Positions 18,820 through 29,185 of a DNA stretch of 64,000 nucleotides are shown piece by piece. Under the pieces are notes generated by a model, which was not told where the DNA came from, did not search any database, and saw nothing but the letters and a program-made list of their open reading frames with translations. The DNA lies in NCBI GenBank assembly GCA_965203355.1, contig OZ241889.1, positions 4,096,001 to 4,160,000 of the forward strand. Direction: 5' to 3'. Position 1 is the stretch's first letter, and each line of letters opens with the position of its first letter. The position numbers and the translations under genes are program-made. Source of the stretch: Candidatus Latescibacterota bacterium (lineage in GTDB: Bacteria > Latescibacterota > UBA2968 > UBA8231).

Positions 18820-20757
18820 ATGGCTGCAATCGACTCTTCTGACAAGGCACCGGTCGCCATTACGGGCCGGTGCATCCTCGTCGGTGCCGCACTGAGCTTG
18901 GCCATTGCCATCGGCATTCCCTATGGCAGCATGGTCGTGCAAGGCTCTCGCCTCGGGCTGAGTTCGGCCACGCCAGCGGCGTTCTTTTTGCTATTCGTCC
19001 TGCTGCTGACCGTCCAGATCGCCTTGGGACGCTGGGGTTTTCGGCGCGGCGAGTGGGTCGTCATTTTCGCCATGATGGCGGTGGCCACGGCTATTCCCAC
19101 GCGCGGCGTAGTGGGAATGCTGCTGCCGATGATCACCGGCACCTTCTACTACGCCACGCCCGAAAACCAATGGACCGCCCTAATCCACCCGTTTCTCTCC
19201 GATTGGATGGTGGTGTACGATCCGGCCGCGGTAAAGGCATTTTACGAGGGCACCAAAGGCTCGGCCATCCCCTATGCCGTCTGGCTCAAACCGCTCGGGC
19301 ACTGGTTTGTATTCTACGCGGCGTTTTACGCAACTCTTATCTCGGCCATGTCCATCTTGCGCCGCCAATGGGTTGACAACGAGCGACTCGTTTTTCCGCT
19401 GGCCCAAGTTCCGCTCGCCATGATCCAAGACGACGCGGGCAAGCAACCCTTTTTTCGCAATCCCATCCTGTGGTGCGGCTTGCTGTTGCCCTTCTTGTTT
19501 AACAGCACCAACGCCCTGCACCAATACTTTAACTTCGTCCCCGCCCTCGCCCTTCAGACCAGCGTCGAACTGTTCAACCGCACCGCCTCGCTCAACATCC
19601 GCATCAACTTCCTGATGTTCGGCTTTGCGTACTTTATCAACTCCAATATCGCCTTTAGCCTGTGGTTTTTCTACCTACTCCACGTAATACAAGAAAGCAT
19701 CTTCCGCTACCTCGGCATCTTCAGCCCCGAGGAGTTGGGGCCTTGGACCGGGTCCGGGCCAGTGGGTGCGATCATGGGGCATCAGATGATGGGTGCGCTC
19801 ATCGTCCTGGTGTTCTACGGGCTGTGGACGGCGCGGCCACACCTCAAAAACGTCCTGTGCAAGGCCCTGTGGGGCGACGACCGGATCGATGACTCGGCCG
19901 AGATTCTCTCCTATCGAGCCTCGTTTTGGCTCTTCGTCGTCGGTGTTAGCGCGATGGGCTGCTGGCTGTGGAAGAGCGGGATCCCCGTTTGGATCGTGCC
20001 CTTCTTCCTGTTCTCGTCGCTGGTCATATTCATCGGCCTAGCGCGCGTCATCGCCGAGGCTGGCATGCCCACTGTAACCCCCGAAATGGTCCCAGCCGGC
20101 TTTGTCGTCTCTGGGGTTGGGGTCCCCGCGCTCGGCGCACCGGGCATGGTCGCCACGGGCTACTCTTTGATCTGGGCGGGCGATCTGCTGGTCTTTATGA
20201 CCGCACCGCTCGCCAACAGCCTGCGCTTGGGCAGCGCGATCAACGGCACCCGCCGGCCGCTCTTTTGGGCGATTGTCGCGGCCATGCTTATCAGCCTCGT
20301 AGCCTCCTGCTGGTTCATGCTCTACCTCGCGTACCGCGACGGCGCACTCAACCTGCATCCCCAGTACTTCACGGGCTTTGCCGCCTATCCCTCGGATTTT
20401 GCCGCGAAAAAACTCGCCAACCCCACCGGACCGAGCCTGGCCGGGTGGCTGTGGACGGGTTTTGGTGCCCTGATCATGGGCGGCTTGATGACCGCCCGTC
20501 ACTTCTTCGTGTGGTGGCCTTTTCACCCACTCGGCTTTGCGGTGAGTACAGGCTGGGTAATGAATAGCATCTGGTTTTCGATCTTTCTCGCTTGGCTCAT
20601 CAAGATCACCGTCCTCAAATACGGCGGACCCCGCACGTATCTCCTCACTCGCCCCTTTTTCGTTGGGATCGTGCTCGGCCAGTTCGTCGCCGCCGGTCTG
20701 TGGCTGGTGGTGGATGGCTTCACCGGCATGGTTGGCAACCGAACCCCTGTGTATTAG
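18820..20757 (+). CDS. DUF6785/DUF6784-like polytopic inner-membrane protein (putative transporter)
   Basis: Many TM helices; LRRQW...ERL.FPLAQVP, RVIAEAG, WWPFHPLGF, K...LKYGG...Y...RPFF.G..LG. Confidence 0.75.
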   Translation: MAAIDSSDKAPVAITGRCILVGAALSLAIAIGIPYGSMVVQGSRLGLSSATPAAFFLLFVLLLTVQIALGRWGFRRGEWVVIFAMMAVATAIPTRGVVGMLLPMITGTFYYATPENQWTALIHPFLSDWMVVYDPAAVKAFYEGTKGSAIPYAVWLKPLGHWFVFYAAFYATLISAMSILRRQWVDNERLVFPLAQVPLAMIQDDAGKQPFFRNPILWCGLLLPFLFNSTNALHQYFNFVPALALQTSVELFNRTASLNIRINFLMFGFAYFINSNIAFSLWFFYLLHVIQESIFRYLGIFSPEELGPWTGSGPVGAIMGHQMMGALIVLVFYGLWTARPHLKNVLCKALWGDDRIDDSAEILSYRASFWLFVVGVSAMGCWLWKSGIPVWIVPFFLFSSLVIFIGLARVIAEAGMPTVTPEMVPAGFVVSGVGVPALGAPGMVATGYSLIWAGDLLVFMTAPLANSLRLGSAINGTRRPLFWAIVAAMLISLVASCWFMLYLAYRDGALNLHPQYFTGFAAYPSDFAAKKLANPTGPSLAGWLWTGFGALIMGGLMTARHFFVWWPFHPLGFAVSTGWVMNSIWFSIFLAWLIKITVLKYGGPRTYLLTRPFFVGIVLGQFVAAGLWLVVDGFTGMVGNRTPVY

Positions 20758-20768
20758 AAGGAAAATCT

Positions 20769-22412
20769 ATGCGCTCTCTGTACATCTTTGCTATCCCTAT
20801 CGCCCTCGCGGGCTGTTCTCAGCAAACGAACGCGCCCGTAGCGCGAGTCGACGACGTGCCCATTTCAGGCGAGAGCCTGCGGTCCTTTGTCGAAAAACTA
20901 CCCCCGGGCTTGCGCAACCCCGAAGGCGGCGATGCCGCACGGCGGCAATACGTGCAATCGCTCATCGACCGCCAACTCATTCTCAAAGAGGCCCTCGTCC
21001 ACGAGTTGGATACGCTGCACGCGGTAAAACGCACCGTCGATGAGGCCGTGGATGCGCGCGTCATCGCCCTCTATCGGGCGCGCAACATAACCGCTCAGGT
21101 GCAAGTGCCCGAAGAGGATGTGCGGCGCGTCTTTACCGAAGAAGGCTACCATCGCGAGCGCAAGCTCAACGCGATTTTGGTCCACACCCGCGCCGAAATC
21201 GAAGCGGCCGTGGCTACCCTCGACACCGGTCAACCCTTTGCCGAAGTGGCCCGCGCCCACTCGCTCGACAAGCGTTCGGCCGAGCAGGGCGGCGAGTTGG
21301 GCTTTATTGGCCGCGAGGCCGCGCCCCGCCTGCACATCCCGGCCGAAGTCTTCAACACGCTGCCCTTGGGAGAAACATCCGCGCCTTTGCGCGCTGGCCG
21401 CAGTTGGCACATCGTCCGCTTCACCGAAGACCGCGACACGCCCTATGAGCGTTACCGACCCCTGATTGAGGAGCAGCTATTCAACGAGCGTCTAGCCCAA
21501 GTTGAGGCCGAGCACTTTGAGGCACTCCGCGCAGCGGCAAGTGCGGCCCTCGACCGCGACGGACTGCAACTCATGCTCAGCGCGGCTCAGCGCAAAGACA
21601 CCGCACTGCTCGACACGTGTACTGCACCGCTCTACACCTTTGCCGAGGGGCAAGCCACAGTTGCCGCCGCTTATAAGGCCCTGCGGAGGCTCAATGCCCA
21701 GCGCAGCCTCAAAGACAGCGCACGCGCACACCGCGCGCTAGACAGGTTGGTATTGCGGCCCCTCCTCCAGCGTCGAGCCGCCCGCGAACAGGGCCTGTAC
21801 GACACCCCGGAAGTCCAACGGCTGGCCAAGAGGGCCTACCAAGATGCACTGCTCAACGCCATGCGCGAGCGCTTCGCAGCCATCGAATTGCTCTCGGACG
21901 CCGAAGTGTGGTCCTACTACGACAGCCATCCCGACATGTTTTATCACGAAGAGGCTGTCGAGGTCGAAGAGTTGCTCGCGTCCAGCCCAGCCGAAGCCCA
22001 GTGGCTCAGCGACCAACTCGCGGCCGGCGCGCGTTTTGCCGATCTCGCCGACCACAGCGTACGCGCCCAAGCCGTCCAGTCGCAAGCGCGCTTTCACTTC
22101 CATCCGCGTGACGAAAAGCTCTATCCGCGCCTAGTCCCGGCCATCTATGCAGCGGAACCCGGCCAACTCGTCGGGCCGATTCGGGTGCGCGACGGGTACT
22201 CCATTTTCCGCGTCCAAGGACGCAACCCCGGCCGAGTCGAGCCATACGAGCAGGTCCAGCACCGCGCCCGCGCTCTGTTGCGCCGAGAGCGAGAAAACGC
22301 GGCCTTCACCAGCTTCGTCCAAGACCTGCGCCAGCGCTATCAGAGCCGAGTCGAGATCGACGAGCGCGCCCTCAAGACCGCCCTACCGGATTCGCTGGTC
22401 CAAGGCACCTGA
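20769..22412 (+). CDS. Lipoprotein with two parvulin (PpiC-type) PPIase domains, SurA/PrsA-like
   Basis: Lipobox LAGC; FAEVARAHSLD..SAEQGGELGF...WHIVR; second FADLA..HS...GPIRVRDGYSIFRV. Confidence 0.85.
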   Translation: MRSLYIFAIPIALAGCSQQTNAPVARVDDVPISGESLRSFVEKLPPGLRNPEGGDAARRQYVQSLIDRQLILKEALVHELDTLHAVKRTVDEAVDARVIALYRARNITAQVQVPEEDVRRVFTEEGYHRERKLNAILVHTRAEIEAAVATLDTGQPFAEVARAHSLDKRSAEQGGELGFIGREAAPRLHIPAEVFNTLPLGETSAPLRAGRSWHIVRFTEDRDTPYERYRPLIEEQLFNERLAQVEAEHFEALRAAASAALDRDGLQLMLSAAQRKDTALLDTCTAPLYTFAEGQATVAAAYKALRRLNAQRSLKDSARAHRALDRLVLRPLLQRRAAREQGLYDTPEVQRLAKRAYQDALLNAMRERFAAIELLSDAEVWSYYDSHPDMFYHEEAVEVEELLASSPAEAQWLSDQLAAGARFADLADHSVRAQAVQSQARFHFHPRDEKLYPRLVPAIYAAEPGQLVGPIRVRDGYSIFRVQGRNPGRVEPYEQVQHRARALLRRERENAAFTSFVQDLRQRYQSRVEIDERALKTALPDSLVQGT

Positions 22413-22415
22413 GCG

Positions 22416-23864
22416 ATGACCGCACACCTTGTGCTGATTTTGGGCGCAATCGCCTGCGCCGATCAACCCGACCCGCAAGACGCGGCGCGCCCCATAGAAG
22501 CTCGCCGCTTGCTCCAGCGCGGCACACTCTTCTTGCAACAGGACCGGCCCGCCCGCGCCCTAGCAGAACTCATCCAAGCCGTAGCACTCGATTCCGCGTC
22601 GAGCACGGCCCATTTTCAAAAGGGCCTGGCCCACGCACGGCTCGACCAACCCGCGGCTGCCATGGCGGCCTTCAAACGCGCCTTAGCCCTCGCGCCCGAC
22701 CAGCCTCGCGCACACTTTGCCCTCGCCGCCGTACTGCGCGACCAGCACCGCTATCTAGAGGCCGCAACCCACCTAGAGCGGGCCATCGTCCTCGCACCCG
22801 AGCACGCCAAGTACCACTTCTACCTAGGCGATGTGCGCCGGGCCAGCGGCGACTTTGCTGGCGCACTCACAGCCTTCAAACGCACCATTGAGCGCGCGCC
22901 CGACCACCTTGAGGCCCGCTACTACTACAGCGACCTGCTCGTGCGCGACCAGCAATTATCTCAAGCGCACACGGGTTTTGCCGACCTGCTCGCCCGCGAT
23001 CCTAACCACGTCCAAGGCGGCCTCGGGTTGGGCGGCTTACTCATCCGCCTCGGAGAACCCGCATCAGCCATTCCCGTGCTCCAGCGCGTGGCCGCCAACG
23101 ACCCGCACAACCCCGCGCCCCACTACCTATTGGCCCAGGCCTACGCCGAGTACGACCGCCCCGACGACGCCCGCCGCGCACAGGGCCACTTCCAGCAGTT
23201 AAGTGCGGCCGAACGCCACCTCAATCAAGGCAACATCTACATTCGCCAAGGCGCGTGGGACAAGGCGATCGATTCCCTAAAGCGCGCCCTCGCCAGCGAC
23301 GCTACTTCCGCGGAAATTCGCCTGCGCCTCGCCACCGCGTACGCACGGCAAAAGCGTTTCGCCGACGCCCGCGACGCGCTAGCGCAAATCCTCGCCCGCA
23401 ATCCCGACCACCGCGACGCCCACCTCATGCTGGGCGACCTGTACTTGCACGAGGGAAGGGCCAAAGACGCTGCCGCACACTTTGTTCGCTCTTTGGCGAT
23501 CGATCCCGACTCCTTTGCCGGATCCTATGGCTTGGGCCGAGCGCGTTTCAAAGGTGGCGACTTGGCCGGGGCCGTCGCTGCGTTACGCCAAGCCCTCGCT
23601 CGCAATCCCGACCACCGCGACGCCCACTACGCCCTCGGGCTAGTCTACGTCCGCCAAGCCAACTACCGCGATGCCCACATCCATTTTGCCCACAGCATGA
23701 CCCTCGACCCAAACCACGCGGAATCACACTACGGGCTGGCACTGCTCCTCATGCAGCAAGGACAGCGTGAACAAGCGCGGCAAGCCCTGCAAAAGGTGAT
23801 CGCCCTCGCCCCAGATCACCAACGCGCCCGGGCTAAGCTAAGCGAGCTGGATCAAGGGCCGTGA
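22416..23864 (+). CDS. Multi-TPR protein, probable lipoprotein
   Basis: AIAC lipobox-like motif; about 12 TPR-like units (ALALAPD, NPDHRDAH...LG). Confidence 0.85.
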   Translation: MTAHLVLILGAIACADQPDPQDAARPIEARRLLQRGTLFLQQDRPARALAELIQAVALDSASSTAHFQKGLAHARLDQPAAAMAAFKRALALAPDQPRAHFALAAVLRDQHRYLEAATHLERAIVLAPEHAKYHFYLGDVRRASGDFAGALTAFKRTIERAPDHLEARYYYSDLLVRDQQLSQAHTGFADLLARDPNHVQGGLGLGGLLIRLGEPASAIPVLQRVAANDPHNPAPHYLLAQAYAEYDRPDDARRAQGHFQQLSAAERHLNQGNIYIRQGAWDKAIDSLKRALASDATSAEIRLRLATAYARQKRFADARDALAQILARNPDHRDAHLMLGDLYLHEGRAKDAAAHFVRSLAIDPDSFAGSYGLGRARFKGGDLAGAVAALRQALARNPDHRDAHYALGLVYVRQANYRDAHIHFAHSMTLDPNHAESHYGLALLLMQQGQREQARQALQKVIALAPDHQRARAKLSELDQGP

Positions 23865-26152
23865 GTAGCTATTTTCGCGCCTTGTGCCTAGCCAGCCTTT
23901 GCCTCGGCTGCCAAGCTCCGCCCGAGGCCGAAAGCGACCGCGTCTATGCCGACGCCCTGAACCTGCTATACCAAGGGCGGTTCTCCGAAGCCGAAGCCCT
24001 TTTCCGGCGCGTCGTCAGCTTGGCACCCGACAGCGCGAGCGCCCAGATCCGTCTTGGCGAAGCCCTACTCCGCCAAGGCCGCTGGCAGAGCGCGGGCCGC
24101 CTGCTCGACGAGTTGCCGACACCCGTGCGCCAGCGGCCAGCGGCCCGTCTGCTCGAAGCGCGGCTCCTCGCCTTTGGCGGTTTCGCCCGCGAGGCCGAAC
24201 TCGCCGTCAATGAGATCCTCGATCAATATCCCAACTCACTCGACGGCCGTTTGCTACTGGCCGAACTGTATTTGCAGGCCGCGGCCACCATGAACCTCGA
24301 GCGCGCCACGGCCCTGTGCAGCGAAGCACTATCCGCCCAACCTCAGCACCGCGACGCGCATTATCTGTTGCTCCAAGCCACGCTGCGCCTCGGCCGCTTT
24401 CCCGCCGCCTTGGAACGCAGCCGCTCGTTGCTCAACGCCTATCCAGACGATGGCCACGCCTATCTCTTGGCAGGCACGGCGGCTTTCTGGGCGGGGGACG
24501 ACCGCGCACGGCCTTGGCTCGAAAAAGCGGTCGATTTGCTGGAGTCAATAGATCGCCTAGAGGCCCTGTGGCTGCTCAAGCTGACTCACGAGCGGCAGGG
24601 CGAAGATGCACCGGCACTGCTACCGCGCTATCGCTTTCCCCTGCATGTCTCAGGGCCAGCCGCGACCGACCTGCGCTTTGTCGATGTGGCCGCGCGCGTC
24701 GGCGTGGCCAAGAAAGATCGCGGCCGCGGCAGTGCCTGGCTCGACTTTGACGGCGATGGCGACCTTGATCTCTTCAGCGTTGGCATCCAAGTCGAACATT
24801 CGCTCTACCGCAACGACGGTGGCCAATTTCGCGACGTCGCCCAAGCGAGCGGATTAGCCGACGCAAGCGGCGGTTGGGCTGCCGCGAGCGCGGATTTTGA
24901 TAACGACGGCGACGACGACCTCTTTGTCAGCCGCGACGCCTGGGAGGGCAGAGCACCTAACTCCCTGTACAGAAACGACTCGGGCGCATTCATCGACAGC
25001 GGGCGCGCCGCAGGCATGGCCGACTCCAGCGATAGCTTTACGGCCGCTTGGCTCGACTTCGATGGCGACGGATACCTCGACTTGTACGTGGCCAACGGCG
25101 TCACGGGTACCGGGGCGCCAAACGCCCTCCTGCAAAACCAGCAAAACGGCGCGTTTCTCGATGTAGCGGTCGCCGCCGCCGTCGCCGACTCGGGCCAGAC
25201 CATTGGCACGGCTGCTGGCGACTTCGACGGCGATGGCCTGATCGACTTGTACGCGGTCAACATCGGCCAGTTCAACCGCCTCTATCGCAATCTCGGCGAT
25301 GGCACCTTTGCCGATGTGGCCGAGCGCGCTGGCGTCCTTTTTCCAGTGGAAGGCGGGTATGTGGCGTTCTTTTTCGACCTTGACAACGACGGTCATCTCG
25401 ACCTATTTGCTTCAACTATGAGTGCCTTTCCCGATGTCCTCAACAGCATGGTCACCGGTGAGGCCATTGAGCCGAATCGTCCCTTTCTCTATCGCAACCT
25501 CGGCGACGGCACTTTTGCCGACATCGCGGCCACTGCGGGACTCAAGCGCTCTTTCGGCAGTATGGGCGCGGGCCTTGGCGACCTAGACAACGACGGTTTC
25601 GTCGATATTTATCTGGCCAACGGCGGCCCGCAAATGGCCCGCCTCGAACCCAACGCACTCTATCGCAACCTCGGCGACGGCACTTTTGCCGACATCACGG
25701 CCACTGCGGGCACCGGCAGCCTCGGCAAGGGCCACGGGGCCACCGTCGCCGACTTCGATCAAGACGGCGACTTGGACCTCTACGCCGGCTTGGGCGGCCA
25801 TTACGACGCCGACACCTGGGACAACGCGCTCTATCGCAACGACGGCCCGGCGCAGCCCTACCTATCCATCGAACTCGTGGGCACACAGGCCAATCGCAGC
25901 GCCATCGGTACGCACGTCGCCGCTTTTGCCGCCGGCCGCACCATCCGCGCCCAGCGCCAAAGCGGCTTTGGCTTCGGCAGTAGCAACGAGCCACTTCTGC
26001 ACCTTGGGCTAGGGCCGGCCACGCGCGTCGATAGCCTGCACGTGCTCTGGCCCGGCCAGCCCCCACAGCGTTTCTTTGACCTGCCCGTCAATTGCCGCAT
26101 CCGCATCGCACAACGCGAGGCGCACTACCAGATTCTCAGGAGGCCACCATGA
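23861..26152 (+). CDS. TPR + FG-GAP repeat + ASPIC/UnbV (CRTAC1-like) lipoprotein
   Basis: CLGC lipobox; N-terminal TPRs; repeated DFDGDG.LDL and LYRN.GDGTF; C-terminal NRSAIG...LHLGLG...V.WP. Confidence 0.88.
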   Translation: MSSYFRALCLASLCLGCQAPPEAESDRVYADALNLLYQGRFSEAEALFRRVVSLAPDSASAQIRLGEALLRQGRWQSAGRLLDELPTPVRQRPAARLLEARLLAFGGFAREAELAVNEILDQYPNSLDGRLLLAELYLQAAATMNLERATALCSEALSAQPQHRDAHYLLLQATLRLGRFPAALERSRSLLNAYPDDGHAYLLAGTAAFWAGDDRARPWLEKAVDLLESIDRLEALWLLKLTHERQGEDAPALLPRYRFPLHVSGPAATDLRFVDVAARVGVAKKDRGRGSAWLDFDGDGDLDLFSVGIQVEHSLYRNDGGQFRDVAQASGLADASGGWAAASADFDNDGDDDLFVSRDAWEGRAPNSLYRNDSGAFIDSGRAAGMADSSDSFTAAWLDFDGDGYLDLYVANGVTGTGAPNALLQNQQNGAFLDVAVAAAVADSGQTIGTAAGDFDGDGLIDLYAVNIGQFNRLYRNLGDGTFADVAERAGVLFPVEGGYVAFFFDLDNDGHLDLFASTMSAFPDVLNSMVTGEAIEPNRPFLYRNLGDGTFADIAATAGLKRSFGSMGAGLGDLDNDGFVDIYLANGGPQMARLEPNALYRNLGDGTFADITATAGTGSLGKGHGATVADFDQDGDLDLYAGLGGHYDADTWDNALYRNDGPAQPYLSIELVGTQANRSAIGTHVAAFAAGRTIRAQRQSGFGFGSSNEPLLHLGLGPATRVDSLHVLWPGQPPQRFFDLPVNCRIRIAQREAHYQILRRPP

Positions 26153-29100
26153 GGCTCTTGGCGTTTCTCGTCATCTACTTGGCACCGCTGATCGCAGCCG
26201 ATGCCCAAAAGGGCCACCGCGTCACCAGTCGTTCCGTAGTGGTCAACACGGCCGCGCACTGGCAGAATTGGCAGCTACCGACCCACGCCGTGCAGGTCTC
26301 GCCAGACGGCACCGTTGAGCCGCACTTTTTTCGCGAACATTTCAACTTGATCGACGATCTAGCGACCTACACCCGGCCCATCGTCGATCTGCGTCGCCGC
26401 CGCAACCAGACCGCCATCCTCAACATCGACAGCACCCAGACCCGCGACGTGAAAGGCGAGATCATTCTCGATCGCAAGGGCAATCCCATCTACTCCTATT
26501 TCTTTCGCCCGGGCATCAGTCGCGTCGGCTCGAATGCGGCCGCAGCCGCCAATATACTCGACGACGATCCCACCACCTTCTGGGAGCCCGACTCGCAGGC
26601 ACCGCTCGACGACTGGTGGATCGAAATAGACTTGGGGCGCGTCGTGGCGGTCGATTCCCTCGTCATCCACTTCGTCGAGGAAGAGTTGGGCGATCCCTTT
26701 TTTCAGTTCCGCGTTCTCGCCGCACCCGACCAAGAGCCAGTGTGGGAAAACGCCGATAAAATCGCCTTTGAACGAGTCGCTAACACCAAGGCCCCCAACC
26801 GCGATCAGCGCACCTTCCGCATTGGCCTCGAACAGCGCGACGCCGATCCCAACTGGCAGGGCAAGATGGTGCAGACCATCCGCATCGTGGTCAGCGATAC
26901 ACGCGGCGAGCGCGGCGAGCGGATCAGCCAAGAGGCATGGCAAGCCCTACCCGCCAACGAGCGCGGTGCGATCGTCTATTTCATCCGCGACGAACAGGGC
27001 TTTGAAGAGCCAGTAGAGCAAGCGATCTATGAAAGCCTCGACCCCCAGCGCCAAGGCCGTTTGGATTACTATCGGCGCGAGCGGCCGCGTCTGGCCGGAA
27101 TCGAGGTGTACGGATTTGGCGACAACATCAGCAGTGGCTTGGTAGCTGGCGGCGGCCAGCTCGGCCTGACCGGCGACGGCTTTTTGCCGGGGCCAGCTTT
27201 TGACGCGGATTTCAACACCAACTTCCTGCACCTCGTTTGGTCTCCGACCATCGACCGCGGCGTACTTACCGTTGACATGGGCGCGTCATTTTGGCTCGAC
27301 GCCATGCGCATTTCCTCGGCCCAGCCCCAGCCCTTTATCGACGGCTACTTGATCCGCGGATCCGATGGCTCACGCGATACCCGCGGCAAAATCAAGTGGG
27401 CACGCCTCAGCCCCCGCTCCCGTGAGGACAATAGCTCCGATCGCTTTGAGCACATTATCGACATCTATGCCTCCAGCCCCAAACTCCGCTTCCTCGAAAT
27501 AAGCGTCATCTCGACGGACCCGCGCCGCCGAGGTGGGTACAACACCGGGCCGACCATCGCCGAGTACCAGCTTTTTTCCACTGGCTACCCAGCGCAAGTA
27601 GAGCTAACTTCCGATCTGATTGCGCTGCCTGGGGCGCGTAACTTCGGGGCCATCACTTGGGAGGCCGAGACGCCCCCGGGCACGGCCGTCGCAATCCGCA
27701 CTCGCACCGGCGACTTGCTGGGCAAGGTCATTCGCTACTTCGACAAGACGGGCAACGAAATCACCTATGACGCTTGGAAAAATCTCTTGGGCAGTTTCAA
27801 GGGGCCAGCCGACACCACCTTCGCGCCCACCAGCGGCTGGAGTCCTTGGAGCCGCGCCTACCAGCAGCCCGGCGACATCGTCACCTCTCCCGGCCTGCGC
27901 AAGTTCATGCAGTTCCAAGTCGAGATGATTACTACCGACCGCGAGGCCGCAGCCTCGATCCATTCGCTCGCGGTCGAACTGCTCAATCCCGTAGCCGAGC
28001 GCATCGCGGCCGAACTGTGGCCGGCCTCGGTGGAAATCTCCGGCGTACGGGAGACCTTTGACGTCTTTGCCCAGCCCTACTTCATTGAGTCGCCCGCGGC
28101 CTCGCGCAGCACTGGTTTCAACGAAATCCTGCTGACCATGCCGGCCTCGGAAAACCTCGAGCTCTTGGAGTTGGGCATTGGCAGTGCAGGCCGCGAAAAG
28201 GTCTTTCACCTTGGAGCCGAGCGCGGGGTGCTCACGGCTGATGATCAGACGCAAGTCGCGATTTTGGCCAACGGCGGGGACTCCATCAGGGTGCGCCTAG
28301 ACGACGCGCTCAACATCCTCCCTGCGGCCAGCCGCACGTACAATCGCATTACCCTTGAGGGCGAAGAAGTCCCCGTGACCCAAGACGGCCTGCCGCTTAC
28401 GGCCGCAGCATACGGTACTCTCGACAAAGACGAACGAGGAGCCATCCGCTACTTCCGGCATAGCGACGGTCGGTTCAGCGAGATCGACCAAACCAGTTAC
28501 CAAGACCTGCCGAGCGAAGAGCAAGGCCCGGTCCGCTACTTCCGCATTTTGCGCGGCGACGGTGCTCAGTTTCCGTTTGACGCGCACGGCGACTCGCTCG
28601 ACTCGGTCGCGTACAACCGCCTCTCCGCGTCCCAGCGCGGCGTTGTCACCGGGCCGGGCCAGCGCTTCCGCTTGCGCCTTTCAGCACCGGTCTTTCTCAA
28701 CGGCACGACCTTGCGCCTGTTCGTGCGCAACGCAGCGAGCACCGACGCCGACGTGGCGTGGCAGGCCGTTGAAGCGGGCAATGCCGACGAAGGAGTCGCC
28801 AGCAACACGCTGTCGGTCAACGTCCCCATTGACAGCGATCTCATCCATGGTCTCGCCGTCGGTCCCAACCCTTTTACCCCCAACGGCGACGGGATCAACG
28901 ATGCGGCTGAAATCTCGCTGGAGATCTTAAAGCTCACCTCCAGCCGACGCCTCCAAGTGCGAATTTACACGCTCAATGGGCGACAGGTTTGGCAGCGCGA
29001 GGAGATGGTGTTGAGCGGCCGCACGGCCGTGCGTTGGGACGGCCTTGATGACCGCGGCCGTCGAGCACCACCCGGGCTGTATCTGTGCCAAGTCCAACTC

Positions 29101-29160
29101 GACGCCGACGCCACAGAACAGCCGACAAGTCAAGCGCGGGTTATCGCCGTGGCCTACTAG
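26149..29160 (+). CDS. Large exported protein with discoidin-like domains and FlgD/gliding-motility-like C-terminal domain (AVAY paralog 1)
   Basis: Signal peptide; WWIEIDLGR; IRTRTG...WSPWS; PNPFTPNGDGIND...WDG...PPGLY...IAVAY. ATGA overlap with the upstream gene. Confidence 0.75.
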   Translation: MRLLAFLVIYLAPLIAADAQKGHRVTSRSVVVNTAAHWQNWQLPTHAVQVSPDGTVEPHFFREHFNLIDDLATYTRPIVDLRRRRNQTAILNIDSTQTRDVKGEIILDRKGNPIYSYFFRPGISRVGSNAAAAANILDDDPTTFWEPDSQAPLDDWWIEIDLGRVVAVDSLVIHFVEEELGDPFFQFRVLAAPDQEPVWENADKIAFERVANTKAPNRDQRTFRIGLEQRDADPNWQGKMVQTIRIVVSDTRGERGERISQEAWQALPANERGAIVYFIRDEQGFEEPVEQAIYESLDPQRQGRLDYYRRERPRLAGIEVYGFGDNISSGLVAGGGQLGLTGDGFLPGPAFDADFNTNFLHLVWSPTIDRGVLTVDMGASFWLDAMRISSAQPQPFIDGYLIRGSDGSRDTRGKIKWARLSPRSREDNSSDRFEHIIDIYASSPKLRFLEISVISTDPRRRGGYNTGPTIAEYQLFSTGYPAQVELTSDLIALPGARNFGAITWEAETPPGTAVAIRTRTGDLLGKVIRYFDKTGNEITYDAWKNLLGSFKGPADTTFAPTSGWSPWSRAYQQPGDIVTSPGLRKFMQFQVEMITTDREAAASIHSLAVELLNPVAERIAAELWPASVEISGVRETFDVFAQPYFIESPAASRSTGFNEILLTMPASENLELLELGIGSAGREKVFHLGAERGVLTADDQTQVAILANGGDSIRVRLDDALNILPAASRTYNRITLEGEEVPVTQDGLPLTAAAYGTLDKDERGAIRYFRHSDGRFSEIDQTSYQDLPSEEQGPVRYFRILRGDGAQFPFDAHGDSLDSVAYNRLSASQRGVVTGPGQRFRLRLSAPVFLNGTTLRLFVRNAASTDADVAWQAVEAGNADEGVASNTLSVNVPIDSDLIHGLAVGPNPFTPNGDGINDAAEISLEILKLTSSRRLQVRIYTLNGRQVWQREEMVLSGRTAVRWDGLDDRGRRAPPGLYLCQVQLDADATEQPTSQARVIAVAY

Positions 29161-29185
29161 TTTCCTAATTGAAGGAGGGATTGCA

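Noticed and set aside
25280-25710. DNA repeats ctctatcgcaacctcggcgacggcac...
   Set aside because: Explained by FG-GAP protein repeats (LYRNLGDGTF). The TPR duplicates near 23390 and 23595 are explained the same way.
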